Assembly (NCBI GenBank): GCA_043780275.1
Contig: JAYWCV010000075.1
Location: forward strand, 1 to 50,556
From: Chitinophagaceae bacterium
GTDB lineage: Bacteria > Bacteroidota > Bacteroidia > Chitinophagales > Chitinophagaceae
DNA length: 50,556 bases
Direction: 5' to 3'
Shown here: piece by piece, positions 28,561-37,695 of the stretch
How the letters are laid out: each line of letters opens with the position of its first letter
Numbering within the stretch: the first letter of the stretch is position 1
Made by a program: the position numbers and the translations under genes
The notes under the pieces: model-generated
Databases searched by the model: none
Told to the model about the DNA's origin: nothing
Seen by the model: only the letters and a program-made list of their open reading frames with translations

Positions 28561-28568
28561 CAAAGTTA
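28561..28568 (-). promoter_or_regulatory. -7 box TAACTTTG for the GtrA-family gene
   Basis: Exact TAnnTTTG match, ending 8 nt before the ATG at 28552 and 17 nt before the ATG at 28543. Confidence 0.35.
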
Positions 28569-28651
28569 TGGAATTCGGGCCTTTTACAACATTTTGAAAT
28601 TTATGATGGCTGATGCTAAATCCTGAATTCGTATTTTTACAACCTAAATGA

Positions 28652-30436
28652 ATGGAAATGAAGATAGTCAGTACAATAAAATCAGATGTAAAAATAGTTT
28701 TGCATAAACAGTATGATATTTTATTAAATGAAAATGAAATTACTTTAAACCTTACCAAACCGGAGTTTGAGGGTGATTATACCTTTGTACTATTTTCTCT
28801 TTTAAAAAGCATTAAAAAATCGCCGGAGCAATTAGGCAATGAAATTGGAGAACATATGATTTCATTAAATCCTGATTTATATGTTGGCTTCAATGTCATC
28901 AAAGGGTTTCTTAATCTGACGGTCAACAATACTTATTGGATACATTTTTTGCAAAATCATTATAAAGAAACCAACTATGGTTTTCAACCACAGCATGCTG
29001 TTAAAGTAATGGTTGAATATTCGTCTCCCAACACCAACAAGCCTTTACATCTTGGTCATTTGCGCAATAATTTTCTGGGATGGAGTATTGCTGAAATCTT
29101 AAAAGCGAATGGATACAATACCATTAAATCGAGCATCGTCAATGACCGGGGTATTCATATTTGTAAAAGCATGATAGCCTGGCAGCTATTTGCAAACGGT
29201 GCAACTCCGGCATCCACTTCCACGAAAGGCGATCATTTTGTTGGCGAATATTATGTAAAATTCAATGATGAATTAAAAAAACAGGTTGAAGAATTGGTAG
29301 CTGCCGGTGTGAAGAAAGAAGATGCGGAAAAGGAAACCCCAATTATGAAAGCCACTCAGCAAATGCTTTTTGATTGGGAAGCTGGCAAACCGGAAGTCAT
29401 CAAGCTTTGGAAGGAAATGAACAGCTGGGTGTATGAAGGTTTTGATACAACGTATAAAAAAATCGGAAGCGATTTTGATAATACCTATTATGAAAGCAAT
29501 ACTTATTTATTAGGTAAAACTTTTGTGGATGAAGGATTGGAAAAAAATGTTTTTTTCAAAAAAGCAGATGGCAGTGTTTGGGTTGATCTGACGGACGATG
29601 GATTGGATGAAAAATTAGTATTAAGAAGCGATGGTACTTCGGTATACATGACCCAGGACCTCGGCTTAGCGCAACAGAAATATGACCAGTTCAACATTGA
29701 ACAAAGTATCTATGTAATTGGTGATGAGCAGAACTATCATATGAAAGTACTGAAACTGATTTTGAAAAAACTTGGTAAAACTTATGCCGATGGGATTCAT
29801 CATTTAAGTTATGGAATGGTGGAATTACCATCTGGCCGAATGAAAAGCAGAGAAGGAACAGTGGTGGATGCGGATGACATTGTTGAGGAAATGGTTTCTA
29901 TTGCTGCAACACATACGGAAGAGTCGGGTAAAGTAAAAGATTTTAAAGAAACAGAACTGCAGGATTTATATGAGACCATTGGTTTGGGTGCGTTGAAGTT
30001 TTTTTTACTACGCGTAGACCCGAAAAAGAAAATGGTATTCAACCCGGAAGAATCGATAGACTTTCATGGATTTACCGGGCCTTTTATTCAATATACTCAT
30101 GCCAGGATAAAATCAATTTTACGGAAACAATCACCTGATGCTACAATGAATCATACTGATTTTGATTTATTGAAAATGGAAAAGGAGATGATTATTTTAT
30201 TGGAACAATATCCCGGCATTATTAAGCAAGCTGCGGATGAATTAAATCCATCGGTTATTGCAAACTATGCTTTTCTGATAGCAAAAACGTTTAACTCGTT
30301 TTATGCCGAACATCCGGTGATGAAAGCTGAAACTGAAAACAAAAAACAATTGCGATTGCAGATTTGTAAATTCACATCAAACGTAATTTGTTCTTCAATG
30401 AGTTTATTAGGCATTAGGGTTCCAGAAAAAATGTAA
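28652..30436 (+). CDS. argS: arginine--tRNA ligase
   Basis: 594-aa ORF with the class I HIGH motif (PNTNKPLHLGHLRN), a KMSKS-like motif (GRMKSREG) and a C-terminal DALR-type anticodon-binding region. Confidence 0.95.
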   Translation: MEMKIVSTIKSDVKIVLHKQYDILLNENEITLNLTKPEFEGDYTFVLFSLLKSIKKSPEQLGNEIGEHMISLNPDLYVGFNVIKGFLNLTVNNTYWIHFLQNHYKETNYGFQPQHAVKVMVEYSSPNTNKPLHLGHLRNNFLGWSIAEILKANGYNTIKSSIVNDRGIHICKSMIAWQLFANGATPASTSTKGDHFVGEYYVKFNDELKKQVEELVAAGVKKEDAEKETPIMKATQQMLFDWEAGKPEVIKLWKEMNSWVYEGFDTTYKKIGSDFDNTYYESNTYLLGKTFVDEGLEKNVFFKKADGSVWVDLTDDGLDEKLVLRSDGTSVYMTQDLGLAQQKYDQFNIEQSIYVIGDEQNYHMKVLKLILKKLGKTYADGIHHLSYGMVELPSGRMKSREGTVVDADDIVEEMVSIAATHTEESGKVKDFKETELQDLYETIGLGALKFFLLRVDPKKKMVFNPEESIDFHGFTGPFIQYTHARIKSILRKQSPDATMNHTDFDLLKMEKEMIILLEQYPGIIKQAADELNPSVIANYAFLIAKTFNSFYAEHPVMKAETENKKQLRLQICKFTSNVICSSMSLLGIRVPEKM

Positions 30437-30454
30437 ATGTTGAATTCTCAATGC

Positions 30455-30630
30455 TGAATGGTGAATATTTCACGATTGCCCATTCACTCAATCCGAACGC
30501 CAGCCCAAATGATTCATTCTGGCGGGGAGTTCATTTGGATAGGCCTGCACGGATGTTCCGGCGGCTTTGGACTATTTAGTAAATCAAGATGGTATAAGTT
30601 GTTGTGCAGACTGGTTTGAAGGGGCTGGCG
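30455..30630 (+). other. GC-rich structured non-coding island (candidate small RNA or mobile-cassette remnant)
   Basis: Nested inverted repeats are present. TGAATGG (30455..30461) pairs with CCATTCA (30480..30486). CGCCAG (30498..30503) pairs with CTGGCG (30519..30524). CGCCAGCCC (30498..30506) can alternatively pair with GGGCTGGCG (30622..30630). My hand count gives roughly 48% GC over 30481..30640. Confidence 0.3.
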
Positions 30631-30635
30631 TGTGT

Positions 30636-30663
30636 ATTTGTAAAAACAAATTTATTATCTTTA
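30636..30663 (+). promoter_or_regulatory. palindrome plus a near-consensus -7 box upstream of the antitoxin gene (candidate autoregulated promoter/operator)
   Basis: ATTTGT-AAAA-ACAAAT (30636..30651) is a perfect 6-bp inverted repeat and contains a TTTG -33-like element. TATCTTTA (30656..30663) differs from TAnnTTTG at one position and ends 15 nt before the ATG at 30679. Confidence 0.3.
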
Positions 30664-30678
30664 TATAAAATCAATGAG

Positions 30679-30894
30679 ATGAGAACACAGGTAATTGAAT
30701 TTAGTAGTATTGTTGAAACGGTTTATAGTTTGTCTCTTGAGGACAGAGTGGAGTTAAAAAATTTATTAGAACATAATATTGCTGATTCCCGAAGAGATGA
30801 AATAGTTTCAAATTTCAAAAAAACTCAGGAAGATTTGAAGTCAAAAAAATTAAAATTCTCATCCAATATTCAAGAACTTAAAAAGATGCTATAA
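30679..30894 (+). CDS. putative antitoxin, partner of a RelE/StbE-family toxin
   Basis: 71 aa from the internal ATG: MRTQVIEFSSIVETVYSLSLEDRVELKNLLEHNIADSRRDEIVSNFKKTQEDLKSKKLKFSSNIQELKKML. It sits immediately upstream of, and overlapping, a RelE-like reading frame. The listed ORF start at 30604 (GTG) is probably an artefactual extension. Confidence 0.6.
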   Translation: MRTQVIEFSSIVETVYSLSLEDRVELKNLLEHNIADSRRDEIVSNFKKTQEDLKSKKLKFSSNIQELKKML

Positions 30895-31161
30895 TAGAGG
30901 TTTCATTTAGCGATTCATTCAAAAAGGTTTTCAAAAAAAGGATTAAAGCTACGGAAATAGAGAAAGAGTTCTGGGATAGATTGGAAGTTTTTATGAAGAA
31001 CCCATTTGAACCAAAATTAAGAACGCATAAGTTATCAGGAAAACTAAAGGATTTGTGGAATTTTTCTATTGAGTTTAATTTACGGGTTGTATTTTATTTT
31101 ACGAAAGATAATCCTAAAAAGCCATTTTGTAGATGTTGGAACTCATGACGAAGTTTATTAG
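30891..31161 (+). pseudogene. RelE/StbE-family mRNA-interferase toxin, degraded (no start codon, frameshift near the 3' end)
   Basis: The frame reads IIEVSFSDSFKKVFKKRIKATEIEKEFWDRLEVFMKNPFEPKLRTHKLSGKLKDLWNFSIEFNLRVVFYFTKDNPKK and then PFCRCWNS-stop at 31146..31148. The +1 frame from 31123 reads HFVDVGTHDEVY-stop at 31159..31161, which is the conserved family C-terminus. No ATG, GTG or TTG occurs between the in-frame TAA at 30879..30881 and the internal Met. Confidence 0.7.
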
Positions 31162-31207
31162 CATATGAAATACCCCGGTTTGGCGTAGCGTTCTCGCAAG
31201 GCAATGT

Positions 31208-32233
31208 TTAAAGTCCCATATTCATTTTTTTCTGTTTGTTTGCTGCTAATGATGGATCCATTAGTATAGCTCTATCACACAATACAATACCCTTTTCTTT
31301 TTCCCCCTTGTTCTGGAAACTCATGCCAATCATATAAAGTACTTTGGCATTCTCTTTATCATATTCCAGAATCTTATCCCAATATTCGATGGCCTTATCA
31401 TATTTTTTTTGAAAATAATGCTCTTCGGCAACCATGTTCAAAATATTGATATCGCTTGGTCGTGATTTTAATATCTCCAATAGAATCGATAATCCTTCTT
31501 TTTGTTTGTTAGCATTGAGCAAAGCAATTCCCAGGTTCTCCATATAATCCCGGTCTTTAGGATAGCCTTTATCTGCCGCTTTCAAAAAATAGTTCAATGA
31601 ACGCAAATCTTCATGAATGGCATAACACATTAAACCTGCCTGGTAGTACCAGATATTATTTAATGAATCCATGGCCAGTGCTTTTTCCATATAAGGTACA
31701 GCTACTTTATAATTCATCATGTCGCCATAACTTCTGGCAATTAAATATGGGATCTCCGCTTTTGTTGGATCCTCTATCATTGCTTCTTTTAAAAATTTAA
31801 TTGCCTCACCAATATTTTCATTGTCGTAATGTGCTTTACCTATAAAAAAATTTATTTTTTCACCAGGATCGGCTTTTTTCAAAAGATTGGCATATTTCAA
31901 CGCATCATCATATTGCTTTAGGTTAAAAGAAAGTTGCATGGCTTGTTTTAATACTTCTGCCGAAGGTTCTCCCATTTCAATCAATTTCATAAACTGAACT
32001 CTGGCCATTGCATATTTACGTAAATCAAAATAGGCTAATCCAAATTCGTATAATATCTGTTTATTTTGATTGTCATAACTGAATGCTTTTTCAAAAAGCT
32101 TCAACGATTCCATTCTGCTACCAGTTGTTTTTATCGATAAACCTTTTTGCAGAAAATAGTCAGCACTGTCAGTCTGGCTAAATACAAAAGTTGAGGGAAG
32201 AATAAATAAGACGGCGAGTAAATAAGTTTTCAT
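31208..32233 (-). CDS. tetratricopeptide-repeat protein, secreted
   Basis: Signal peptide MKTYLLAVLFILPSTFVFSQ followed by multiple TPR-like repeats. I prefer the ATG at 32233 over the TTG at 32257. Confidence 0.75.
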   Translation of the reverse strand: MKTYLLAVLFILPSTFVFSQTDSADYFLQKGLSIKTTGSRMESLKLFEKAFSYDNQNKQILYEFGLAYFDLRKYAMARVQFMKLIEMGEPSAEVLKQAMQLSFNLKQYDDALKYANLLKKADPGEKINFFIGKAHYDNENIGEAIKFLKEAMIEDPTKAEIPYLIARSYGDMMNYKVAVPYMEKALAMDSLNNIWYYQAGLMCYAIHEDLRSLNYFLKAADKGYPKDRDYMENLGIALLNANKQKEGLSILLEILKSRPSDINILNMVAEEHYFQKKYDKAIEYWDKILEYDKENAKVLYMIGMSFQNKGEKEKGIVLCDRAILMDPSLAANKQKKMNMGL

Positions 32234-32328
32234 TTTCAAAGGATATTTAGGATTCAATTTTGGAAATTTACGAAAAACAAAAATTTGAGAGACAATAAAC
32301 TATAATCAAATAACATTCCACATTTCAG

Positions 32329-34323
32329 CTATTTTAAAATAATACAAGCCAGTGGAGGTAAATTCAGTATTAAATCATAGTTTTTTTGACCCAAGTCAAT
32401 ATATTTTAATTTCGTTTCTATAGTATTAACGTATCCGGAGCCCCAATATTTCACATCATCACTATTAAAGATGATTTTTTTATATTTTTTAGTATAAACC
32501 CTTAGTTTCCAATCAATTTTTTCATCATTCGCCAAATTTAAAATGATGAGTAAATCATCTTTCTTCTGTTTTCCTTTTCGTTTGTAAGCAATGATACATT
32601 CATTTCGATGGTTGAGATCTTCCCACTCAAATCCATCAATTGAAAATTGATTTTCATATAATGCAGGTTCATTTCTTAATACATTATTTAAATCTTTAAC
32701 ACAATCCCTGAGTTTTTTATGCGGATCGAATTGTAATAAATGCCACTGCAATTCGGTTTTGAAGTTCCATTCTTCGGTTGCTCCAAACTCGTTTCCCATA
32801 AACAATAACTTGGCTCCCGGATGCGTAAACATGTATGCATATTGCAAACGCAGATTGGCAAATTTCTGCCATTTATCACCAGGCATTTTATATAGCATCG
32901 GACTTTTGCCATGCACCACTTCATCATGACTGAAGGGTAACATAAAATTTTCGTCATAGAAATACATCATGCTGAATGAAAATTTGTCCTGATGATGTGG
33001 TCGGAAAAATGGATCAATCTCAAAATAATCCATCGTATCGTGCATCCATCCCATCATCCATTTCATTCCAAATCCAAGTCCATCTAAATATATTGGTTTG
33101 GATACTCCGGGCCAGTCGGTCGATTCTTCGGCAATGGTTTGCACATCCGGAAAATTATGATAGATAGATGTGTTTAGATCTTTAATAAATGCTATCGCTT
33201 CCAGATTTCCGTCGCCACCATATTCATTGGGTTCCCACTGATTGTGTTCACGACTGAAATTCAATTTCAGCATCGAGCTTACGGCATCAACCCGCATCCC
33301 ATCAATATGAAATTTATCGAACCAGAAATGGGCATTACTGATTAAAAATGATTTTACTTCTCCTCTCCCATAATTAAAAATATAGCTGTTCCAATCTGGT
33401 TGAAATCCCTTTTTCATGTTTTCATATTCATAGGTATGTGTACCATCAAACATGTATAACCCATGTGCGTCGCCGGGAAAATGAGAAGGCACCCAATCTA
33501 ATATAACTCCAATATTTTCTTTGTGAAAAGCATCAATCATTTTCATGAAGCCCTGCGGTTTTCCAAACCTTGATGTAGGCGCAAAATAGCCGGTACACTG
33601 ATAACCCCAACTGCCATCAAACGGATATTCCATCACAGGCATCAGTTCTACATGGGTAAAACCCATTTCCTTTACATAAGGAACCAGCCGTTCTGTAATC
33701 TGGTCATAATTATTGTACGCATTTTCATTAAATTTATCTGGCCGCATCCAGCTGGCCAGGTGTACTTCGTAAACCGACCAGGGAGCATCTAAAGAATTGT
33801 GCTCTTTTCTTTTTTCCATCCAATCTATATCTTCCCATTCATATTGCAGACTGCAGGTAATTGAACCCATATTGGGCCTTAATTCCCAATGATTGGCAAA
33901 CGGATCTCCCTTTTCCAGTTTTATTCCTTTATAACCAACAATATGAAATTTATATACTTGGCCAAATGACAAATCAGGAATAAATCCTTCCCAGATACCG
34001 GACTTATCTAACCGGACAAATAATGGGTGCAAAGTTTCATTCCATTGATTAAAATCGCCAATGACCGAAAGACTTGTAGCATTAGGCGCCCAGACAGAAA
34101 AGTAAATTCCTTTTCTTTTACTTACTTCCAATTGTCTGGATCCAAAAAGATTATATAATTGGTAATGTGTACCTTTTTGAAAATTTATTATATCATCATC
34201 AGTGAATAAAGAATAATTCCAGACGGTTTTTGAGGTGTCTACAAAGTGGAGGTCTTCATATTTTTTTACAGAAGAAGAAAATTTCTGTTCAGAGTCAGTA
34301 TCTTTTTTTTTCTTTATGTTCAC
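32329..34323 (-). CDS. glgB: 1,4-alpha-glucan branching enzyme (GH13)
   Basis: 664-aa ORF with a GTG start and the motifs ILDWVPSHFP, DGMRVDAV, IAEESTDWPG and FSHDEVVHGK. Confidence 0.95.
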   Translation of the reverse strand: MNIKKKKDTDSEQKFSSSVKKYEDLHFVDTSKTVWNYSLFTDDDIINFQKGTHYQLYNLFGSRQLEVSKRKGIYFSVWAPNATSLSVIGDFNQWNETLHPLFVRLDKSGIWEGFIPDLSFGQVYKFHIVGYKGIKLEKGDPFANHWELRPNMGSITCSLQYEWEDIDWMEKRKEHNSLDAPWSVYEVHLASWMRPDKFNENAYNNYDQITERLVPYVKEMGFTHVELMPVMEYPFDGSWGYQCTGYFAPTSRFGKPQGFMKMIDAFHKENIGVILDWVPSHFPGDAHGLYMFDGTHTYEYENMKKGFQPDWNSYIFNYGRGEVKSFLISNAHFWFDKFHIDGMRVDAVSSMLKLNFSREHNQWEPNEYGGDGNLEAIAFIKDLNTSIYHNFPDVQTIAEESTDWPGVSKPIYLDGLGFGMKWMMGWMHDTMDYFEIDPFFRPHHQDKFSFSMMYFYDENFMLPFSHDEVVHGKSPMLYKMPGDKWQKFANLRLQYAYMFTHPGAKLLFMGNEFGATEEWNFKTELQWHLLQFDPHKKLRDCVKDLNNVLRNEPALYENQFSIDGFEWEDLNHRNECIIAYKRKGKQKKDDLLIILNLANDEKIDWKLRVYTKKYKKIIFNSDDVKYWGSGYVNTIETKLKYIDLGQKNYDLILNLPPLACIILK

Positions 34324-34352
34324 GTTTAAGTTGATTCTCTTAAAATTAAATG

Positions 34353-34379
34353 AAAAAAGGCAACTCCCGTTGCCTTTTT
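34353..34379 (-). terminator. terminator between the GH13 gene and glgB
   Basis: GGCAAC (34359..34364) / GTTGCC (34369..34374) with a TCCC loop, flanked by A6 and T5. It lies directly after the GH13 stop at 34382. Confidence 0.6.
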
Positions 34380-34381
34380 AA

Positions 34382-36253
34382 TTATTTAGAAAGTTCATAA
34401 ACCTGTAAGGATTTTGATGGTACTTTTAATTTACCAGACAAATCAATATCTGATCCATCTATAATGTTTTTTCCTTTTTTATAATCAACTGTCCTTTCTA
34501 TAAATCTTGTCATATCAATAGTCTTATCTTCTTTTTGCTGATTCATAATACACATCACCGTTTGATTTTTATCATACCTGAAATAAACATATACCCCATC
34601 TTCCGGAACATACTGCATCATTTTTCCGGTTTTGATGGCTGAAGATTTTTTTCTGAAATTGGCTAAGGTTTTTACATAATTAAAAGCTTCATTTTCTTTT
34701 GCATTTCTACCTTCTTTGCTGAATTTATTTTCTTTATCTTCTTTCCATCCACCTTTAAAATCCAACCGAACCCAACCATCCACTGGATGAGATAATCCGG
34801 TCATCAAAATCTCCGATCCATAATACAATTGAGGAATTCCCCGGAATGTCATTAGCCAGGCCATACCCATTTTATATTTTTGCAGATCCTCTCCTACCTG
34901 GGTAAAAAATCTTGACATGTCGTGGTTGTCTAAAAAAATTACATTCTTCATTGCATCTTTGTAAACAAAATCATTTGCTGTGGTCGAATACAGTTTGTTT
35001 ACACCCTCTGTCCAGCCAAAGTCCTGTGTCAGCGCAGGTATGATGCCATAAAGGTTCAATTGAAAATCAGTAACACCCGGCTGATTACTTTTATACTTCA
35101 GATTCTTGTAATTGTTTTTTGCAAAAAAACTTTGATTGGGAATGCCATGAACCCAGGTTTCACCAAATATACCAAGCTTGGGATATTCATTTAATAAAGC
35201 TTTATTGCATCTATTGAGGAATTCTAAATCACTATATGAATAAGTATCTATCCGCCATCCATCCAAACCAAATTCTTCCGTGCTCCAGATGGCATGTTGA
35301 ATCAGAAAATTTTCAACCAATGGATTGTCATGGTTCCAGTCGGGCATACTGGGTACAAACCAACCGTCACTCATGATCTTTTTATCCGCTTTAGATGCAT
35401 AGGGGTCCATCAATGTTTGTTCCTTGTATGATGTTTGGGTATACTTTGGCCAGAAATGAAACCAACTGCTGTCTGGTAAATCCCTATAAAAAATATGTTC
35501 GATTCCTGTATGATTATACACCGCATCCTGAATAATTTTCATCCCCCGTTGATGTATTTCAGTAATCAACGAATGATAAGCATTTTCACCACCCAAACGT
35601 GGGCATATTTTATAATGATTTGTCATGGCATATCCATGTTCAGTTCGGGTTGGCATGTCGTTTAAAATAACGGGGTTCAACCATAATGCCGTAACACCAA
35701 GCTCCTGTAAATAATCCAGTTGATTCTGTATTCCTTTCAAATCACCTCCATGACGGTCATAAATTGAATCGCGGTTGAGTGATTGGTCTTTCAATCCGGC
35801 AATGTGATCATTCGAAGGATCTCCATTACTGAACCGGTCGGGCATGATCAGGTAAATGAGATCTTCGGAGCTAACTCCTTTGATTCTTGTTTTTCCATTA
35901 CCCTTTTCCCGTTCTTTTAATGCATAACTGAAACTGTTGTTTTCAATTTTTTTAGTTGATTTAACGGAAGAAATATTGAATTGCAGATTTCCTGCCTTTG
36001 CCGTTTTTTCAACAACAAGGTCTAAAAATAAATAGTTGGCGTTTGATGTTTTTTGTTGTTTGATTAATTGTACACCGGCATAGGGACTCATCGTTACTTT
36101 TTCATTGGCAACATCTTTCCGGTGAATGATTAACTGCAGCTTATTTTCTTTCATACCCACCCACCAATGTGTTGGATAAAATGCGGTTTCGGTTTGTGCT
36201 TTTGCAAAAAACACAAAGCACACTACGATGACTGATAAAATTATTTTTTTCAT
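34382..36253 (-). CDS. periplasmic GH13 alpha-amylase family enzyme (neopullulanase/cyclomaltodextrinase, SusA-like)
   Basis: 623-aa ORF with a signal peptide and a cyclomaltodextrinase-type N-terminal module (FYPTHWWVGM). The GH13 regions are DAVYNHTG, DGWRIDTY, FGETW and FLDNHDMSRF. Confidence 0.9.
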   Translation of the reverse strand: MKKIILSVIVVCFVFFAKAQTETAFYPTHWWVGMKENKLQLIIHRKDVANEKVTMSPYAGVQLIKQQKTSNANYLFLDLVVEKTAKAGNLQFNISSVKSTKKIENNSFSYALKEREKGNGKTRIKGVSSEDLIYLIMPDRFSNGDPSNDHIAGLKDQSLNRDSIYDRHGGDLKGIQNQLDYLQELGVTALWLNPVILNDMPTRTEHGYAMTNHYKICPRLGGENAYHSLITEIHQRGMKIIQDAVYNHTGIEHIFYRDLPDSSWFHFWPKYTQTSYKEQTLMDPYASKADKKIMSDGWFVPSMPDWNHDNPLVENFLIQHAIWSTEEFGLDGWRIDTYSYSDLEFLNRCNKALLNEYPKLGIFGETWVHGIPNQSFFAKNNYKNLKYKSNQPGVTDFQLNLYGIIPALTQDFGWTEGVNKLYSTTANDFVYKDAMKNVIFLDNHDMSRFFTQVGEDLQKYKMGMAWLMTFRGIPQLYYGSEILMTGLSHPVDGWVRLDFKGGWKEDKENKFSKEGRNAKENEAFNYVKTLANFRKKSSAIKTGKMMQYVPEDGVYVYFRYDKNQTVMCIMNQQKEDKTIDMTRFIERTVDYKKGKNIIDGSDIDLSGKLKVPSKSLQVYELSK

Positions 36254-36258
36254 AATTA

Positions 36259-37605
36259 TTAATCTTTATCTTCTACAAAAATGTTTAATAGTCCTGCAAT
36301 GATCATAGATACTCCGCCAATGACTAATGCGTATATGCTCTGGTTATTAAAAAAAGTATGGAGAAAGTATCCAAGTATAGCCGCTGCAACAATTTGAGGA
36401 ATGACAATAAAGAAATTGAAGACCCCCATATAAAACCCCATTTTTTCTGCCGGTAAAGCACCGGCTAAAATGGCATAAGGCATGGTTAAAGTAGATGACC
36501 AGGCAAGGCCTACGCCAACCATCGGCAACAACAAAAGCAAATGATCTTTAATGAAAAAAATGGATACTAACCCTATCCCGCCTATGACAAGACAGACTAA
36601 GTGTGTATATTTCCGGCTGATTTTTTTTGCCAGCATGGGCAATAAAAAAGCAGTAACAGCAGATACTCCATTATATACCATAAACATGATGCCTACCCAA
36701 TCTCCGGCATCCTGAAAATCTTTCGAGGTAGTATCATTGGTTCCATAAGCATTCATAGCAACCCCCGAAGTTGTATAAATCCACATGGCAAAAAAAGCCA
36801 ACCATGTAAAGAACTGAACAAAGGCCAGTTGCTGCATTGTTTTGGGCATAGTTAGTATGCCTGTAGAAATCTCTTTTATTCCATTTAAAAATCCTTTGGT
36901 TGCCAGTTTCTCTTCTTTCCATTTCTGCATGTTTTCCGGTGGATTTTCTTTTGCACTGAAAACAGTCCACAATACGGTTATTAAAAAAACGGCAGCACCG
37001 ATATAGAAAGAATATTTTACCGAATCGGGAATTATGCCTTCGGGTGCCGTATTGCTGATGCCCATCACATTGGTAAAAAAATAAGGAAGTAAAGAAGCCA
37101 CGACAGCACCAATACCAATAAAAAAAGTTTGCATAGCAAAACCGGCAGTACGTTGTGAGGATGGTAATTTATCGCCAACAAAAGCCCTGAAAGGTTCCAT
37201 GGAAATATTAATGGATGCATCCAAAATCCAAAGCAAACCGGCAGCCATCCACAATACGCCAGCGTTTGGCATCAATATCAATGCAATGGAAGAAAGTATT
37301 GCACCTGCAAAAAAGAAAGGTCTTCTTCTACCCCAGAATGGATGCCATGTACGGTCACTTACATAACCGATAATTGGCTGAACCAAAAGTCCGGTGACGG
37401 GTGCTGCAATCCATAAAATGGCGATACTATCTATTTCTGCTCCCAAGGTTTGAAATATGCGGCTGACATTTGCATTCTGTAATGCAAAGCCGAATTGGAT
37501 TCCTAAAAATCCAAAACTCATGTTCCAAAGTTCCCAGAAATTCAAGCGGGGTTTTGTTGCTTCTATTGTTATGTTAGCAGATGCTGAATGGAGAGTTTCT
37601 TGCAT
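36259..37605 (-). CDS. MFS/GPH-type (SLC45-like) sugar transporter, probably maltose/maltodextrin
   Basis: About 12 TM segments and the motif DRTWHPFWGRRRPFFF. It lies 5 nt upstream of the GH13 gene. I prefer the ATG at 37605 over the TTG at 37611. Confidence 0.8.
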   Translation of the reverse strand: MQETLHSASANITIEATKPRLNFWELWNMSFGFLGIQFGFALQNANVSRIFQTLGAEIDSIAILWIAAPVTGLLVQPIIGYVSDRTWHPFWGRRRPFFFAGAILSSIALILMPNAGVLWMAAGLLWILDASINISMEPFRAFVGDKLPSSQRTAGFAMQTFFIGIGAVVASLLPYFFTNVMGISNTAPEGIIPDSVKYSFYIGAAVFLITVLWTVFSAKENPPENMQKWKEEKLATKGFLNGIKEISTGILTMPKTMQQLAFVQFFTWLAFFAMWIYTTSGVAMNAYGTNDTTSKDFQDAGDWVGIMFMVYNGVSAVTAFLLPMLAKKISRKYTHLVCLVIGGIGLVSIFFIKDHLLLLLPMVGVGLAWSSTLTMPYAILAGALPAEKMGFYMGVFNFFIVIPQIVAAAILGYFLHTFFNNQSIYALVIGGVSMIIAGLLNIFVEDKD

Positions 37606-37695
37606 AACCAAAATTGATTTTTATAAAAAGAAAGATATGCATATTATGTAAGAAGTACATACCCTGTCAACAATATTTCTATGATTATTTACCCG

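Noticed and set aside
30604-30678. The GTG-initiated 25-codon N-terminal extension of the antitoxin ORF
   Set aside because: The extension runs through the GC-rich inverted repeat, the ATTTGT/ACAAAT palindrome and the promoter-like AT-rich stretch. The internal ATG at 30679 gives a 71-aa product of typical antitoxin size.
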